From assembly GCA_026770705.1 (NCBI GenBank), contig JANJGN010000004.1, forward strand, positions 95,790,001 to 95,854,000: DNA of 64,000 bases. The letters run 5' to 3'. This DNA is from Isurus oxyrinchus (Eukaryota). Of the stretch, positions 63,170 to 64,000 are shown one piece after another (the stretch's first letter is position 1; each line of letters opens with the position of its first letter). The notes under the pieces are model-generated. The model was given only the letters and a program-made list of their open reading frames with translations. It was not told the origin of the DNA and ran no database searches. A program made the translations under genes and the position numbers.

Positions 63170-64000
63170 AAGGTTGTGGTGAGAGGAGCAAAAGTGGTCA
63201 GGAGTGCATGCTTACATCACCTGCATCGTGTAAATCAGAGAATGTGTGGGATATGGGGGAAGTGGGATGTGGAAAGGATCATTAGATATGAGGATACTGT
63301 AAACTTTGATAGCTTTAGCTCAACTGACCATGGCCTCTGCATGGCCATTCCAACAACCAGCAGTAATGTCTTCTGCATGGGGCTTAGGATAGGGAGGTGT
63401 GCCTGTCTCTTTCCAGTTAGCTCTTGCTGCCTTCGTTTGTGTGCTACCTTGTCCTGCAAGAGAGAAGGAAGTGAATGTTGTGCAATATGTTTGATTAATG
63501 TGGCTGCCATGGTTAAATGTGTAAACTATGAGATTGGGGTGTTGCAGCAGTGTGTGAGAGTCAAGTGAAGCGTATGAATATTAGACATGAGTCCTGATTG
63601 GTAGAGATAGTTGGGGAGTGATGGGGTTGTGGTGAATAGTGCATGAGGTTAGTGTTGCAGTTGGTAGGATATGCCATTTGAAGATACAGGCACTGACCTT
63701 GAACACTTGTGTGAGATCATTGAACTTCTTGCGACACAGCACCCAACTTCTCGGGACTTGAGTCCTGACATCGATCTCCATGGCTATCTGTTCCTATTAT
63801 CTTTTGAGCGTGTGTCTAGAGGGCCTTCTGTCCACTACAGAACAGGACATCTCGTCTACTTTCCATCTCCTCCACCAAGACCTGCTGAGCATGCAGCCAA
63901 TGAGGAACAGCACAGTTAACACTGGCTGTAGGCAAAAATAATGATAATGAGCAGGCAGCACCAAGTTGGTGTACTGCCTGCATTTTGATCAACGACCCTG
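63170..64000 (-). mobile_element. Harbinger-associated Myb/SANT gene fragment with an intron (63454-63697)
   Basis: PRSWVLCRKKFNDLTQVFK|gtcagt ... ctctcttgcag|DKVAHKRRQQELTG; homologous to 40480-40550. Confidence 0.65.

Overview
Vertebrate genomic DNA, repeat-rich. The mix of DeuSINE-type SINEs, CR1, Penelope-like, Tx1 and Harbinger elements suggests a cartilaginous fish, but that is inference. The only host gene is the 5' end of a UHRF1/UHRF2-family E3 ligase on the minus strand: coding exon 25902-26054, a ~24.5 kb intron, and exon 1172-1426 ending in a GC donor. Its CpG-rich promoter region carries E2F-like sites. The rest is nested transposons: a pogo-type element; a Gmr1-type Gypsy provirus (integrase before RT) with a CR1 and a MITE inside it; Harbinger elements; a full-length Tx1-clade LINE; and young Penelope-like (Neptune-type) copies. 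Most notable: (1) the Tx1 LINE's whole 5' UTR is a remodelled U1 snRNA 5' end lying inside a 17-bp TSD; (2) the Penelope 3' ends carry minimal hammerhead ribozymes with a variant core; (3) a 4-kb head-to-head Penelope palindrome with a 13-bp TSD sits in an older Penelope copy and has a ~230-bp miniature counterpart; (4) a near-perfect 132-bp inverted duplication lies in the UHRF intron. Most short ORFs in the track are noise or antisense frames of repeats. Boundaries of old repeats are approximate and all family calls are by eye.
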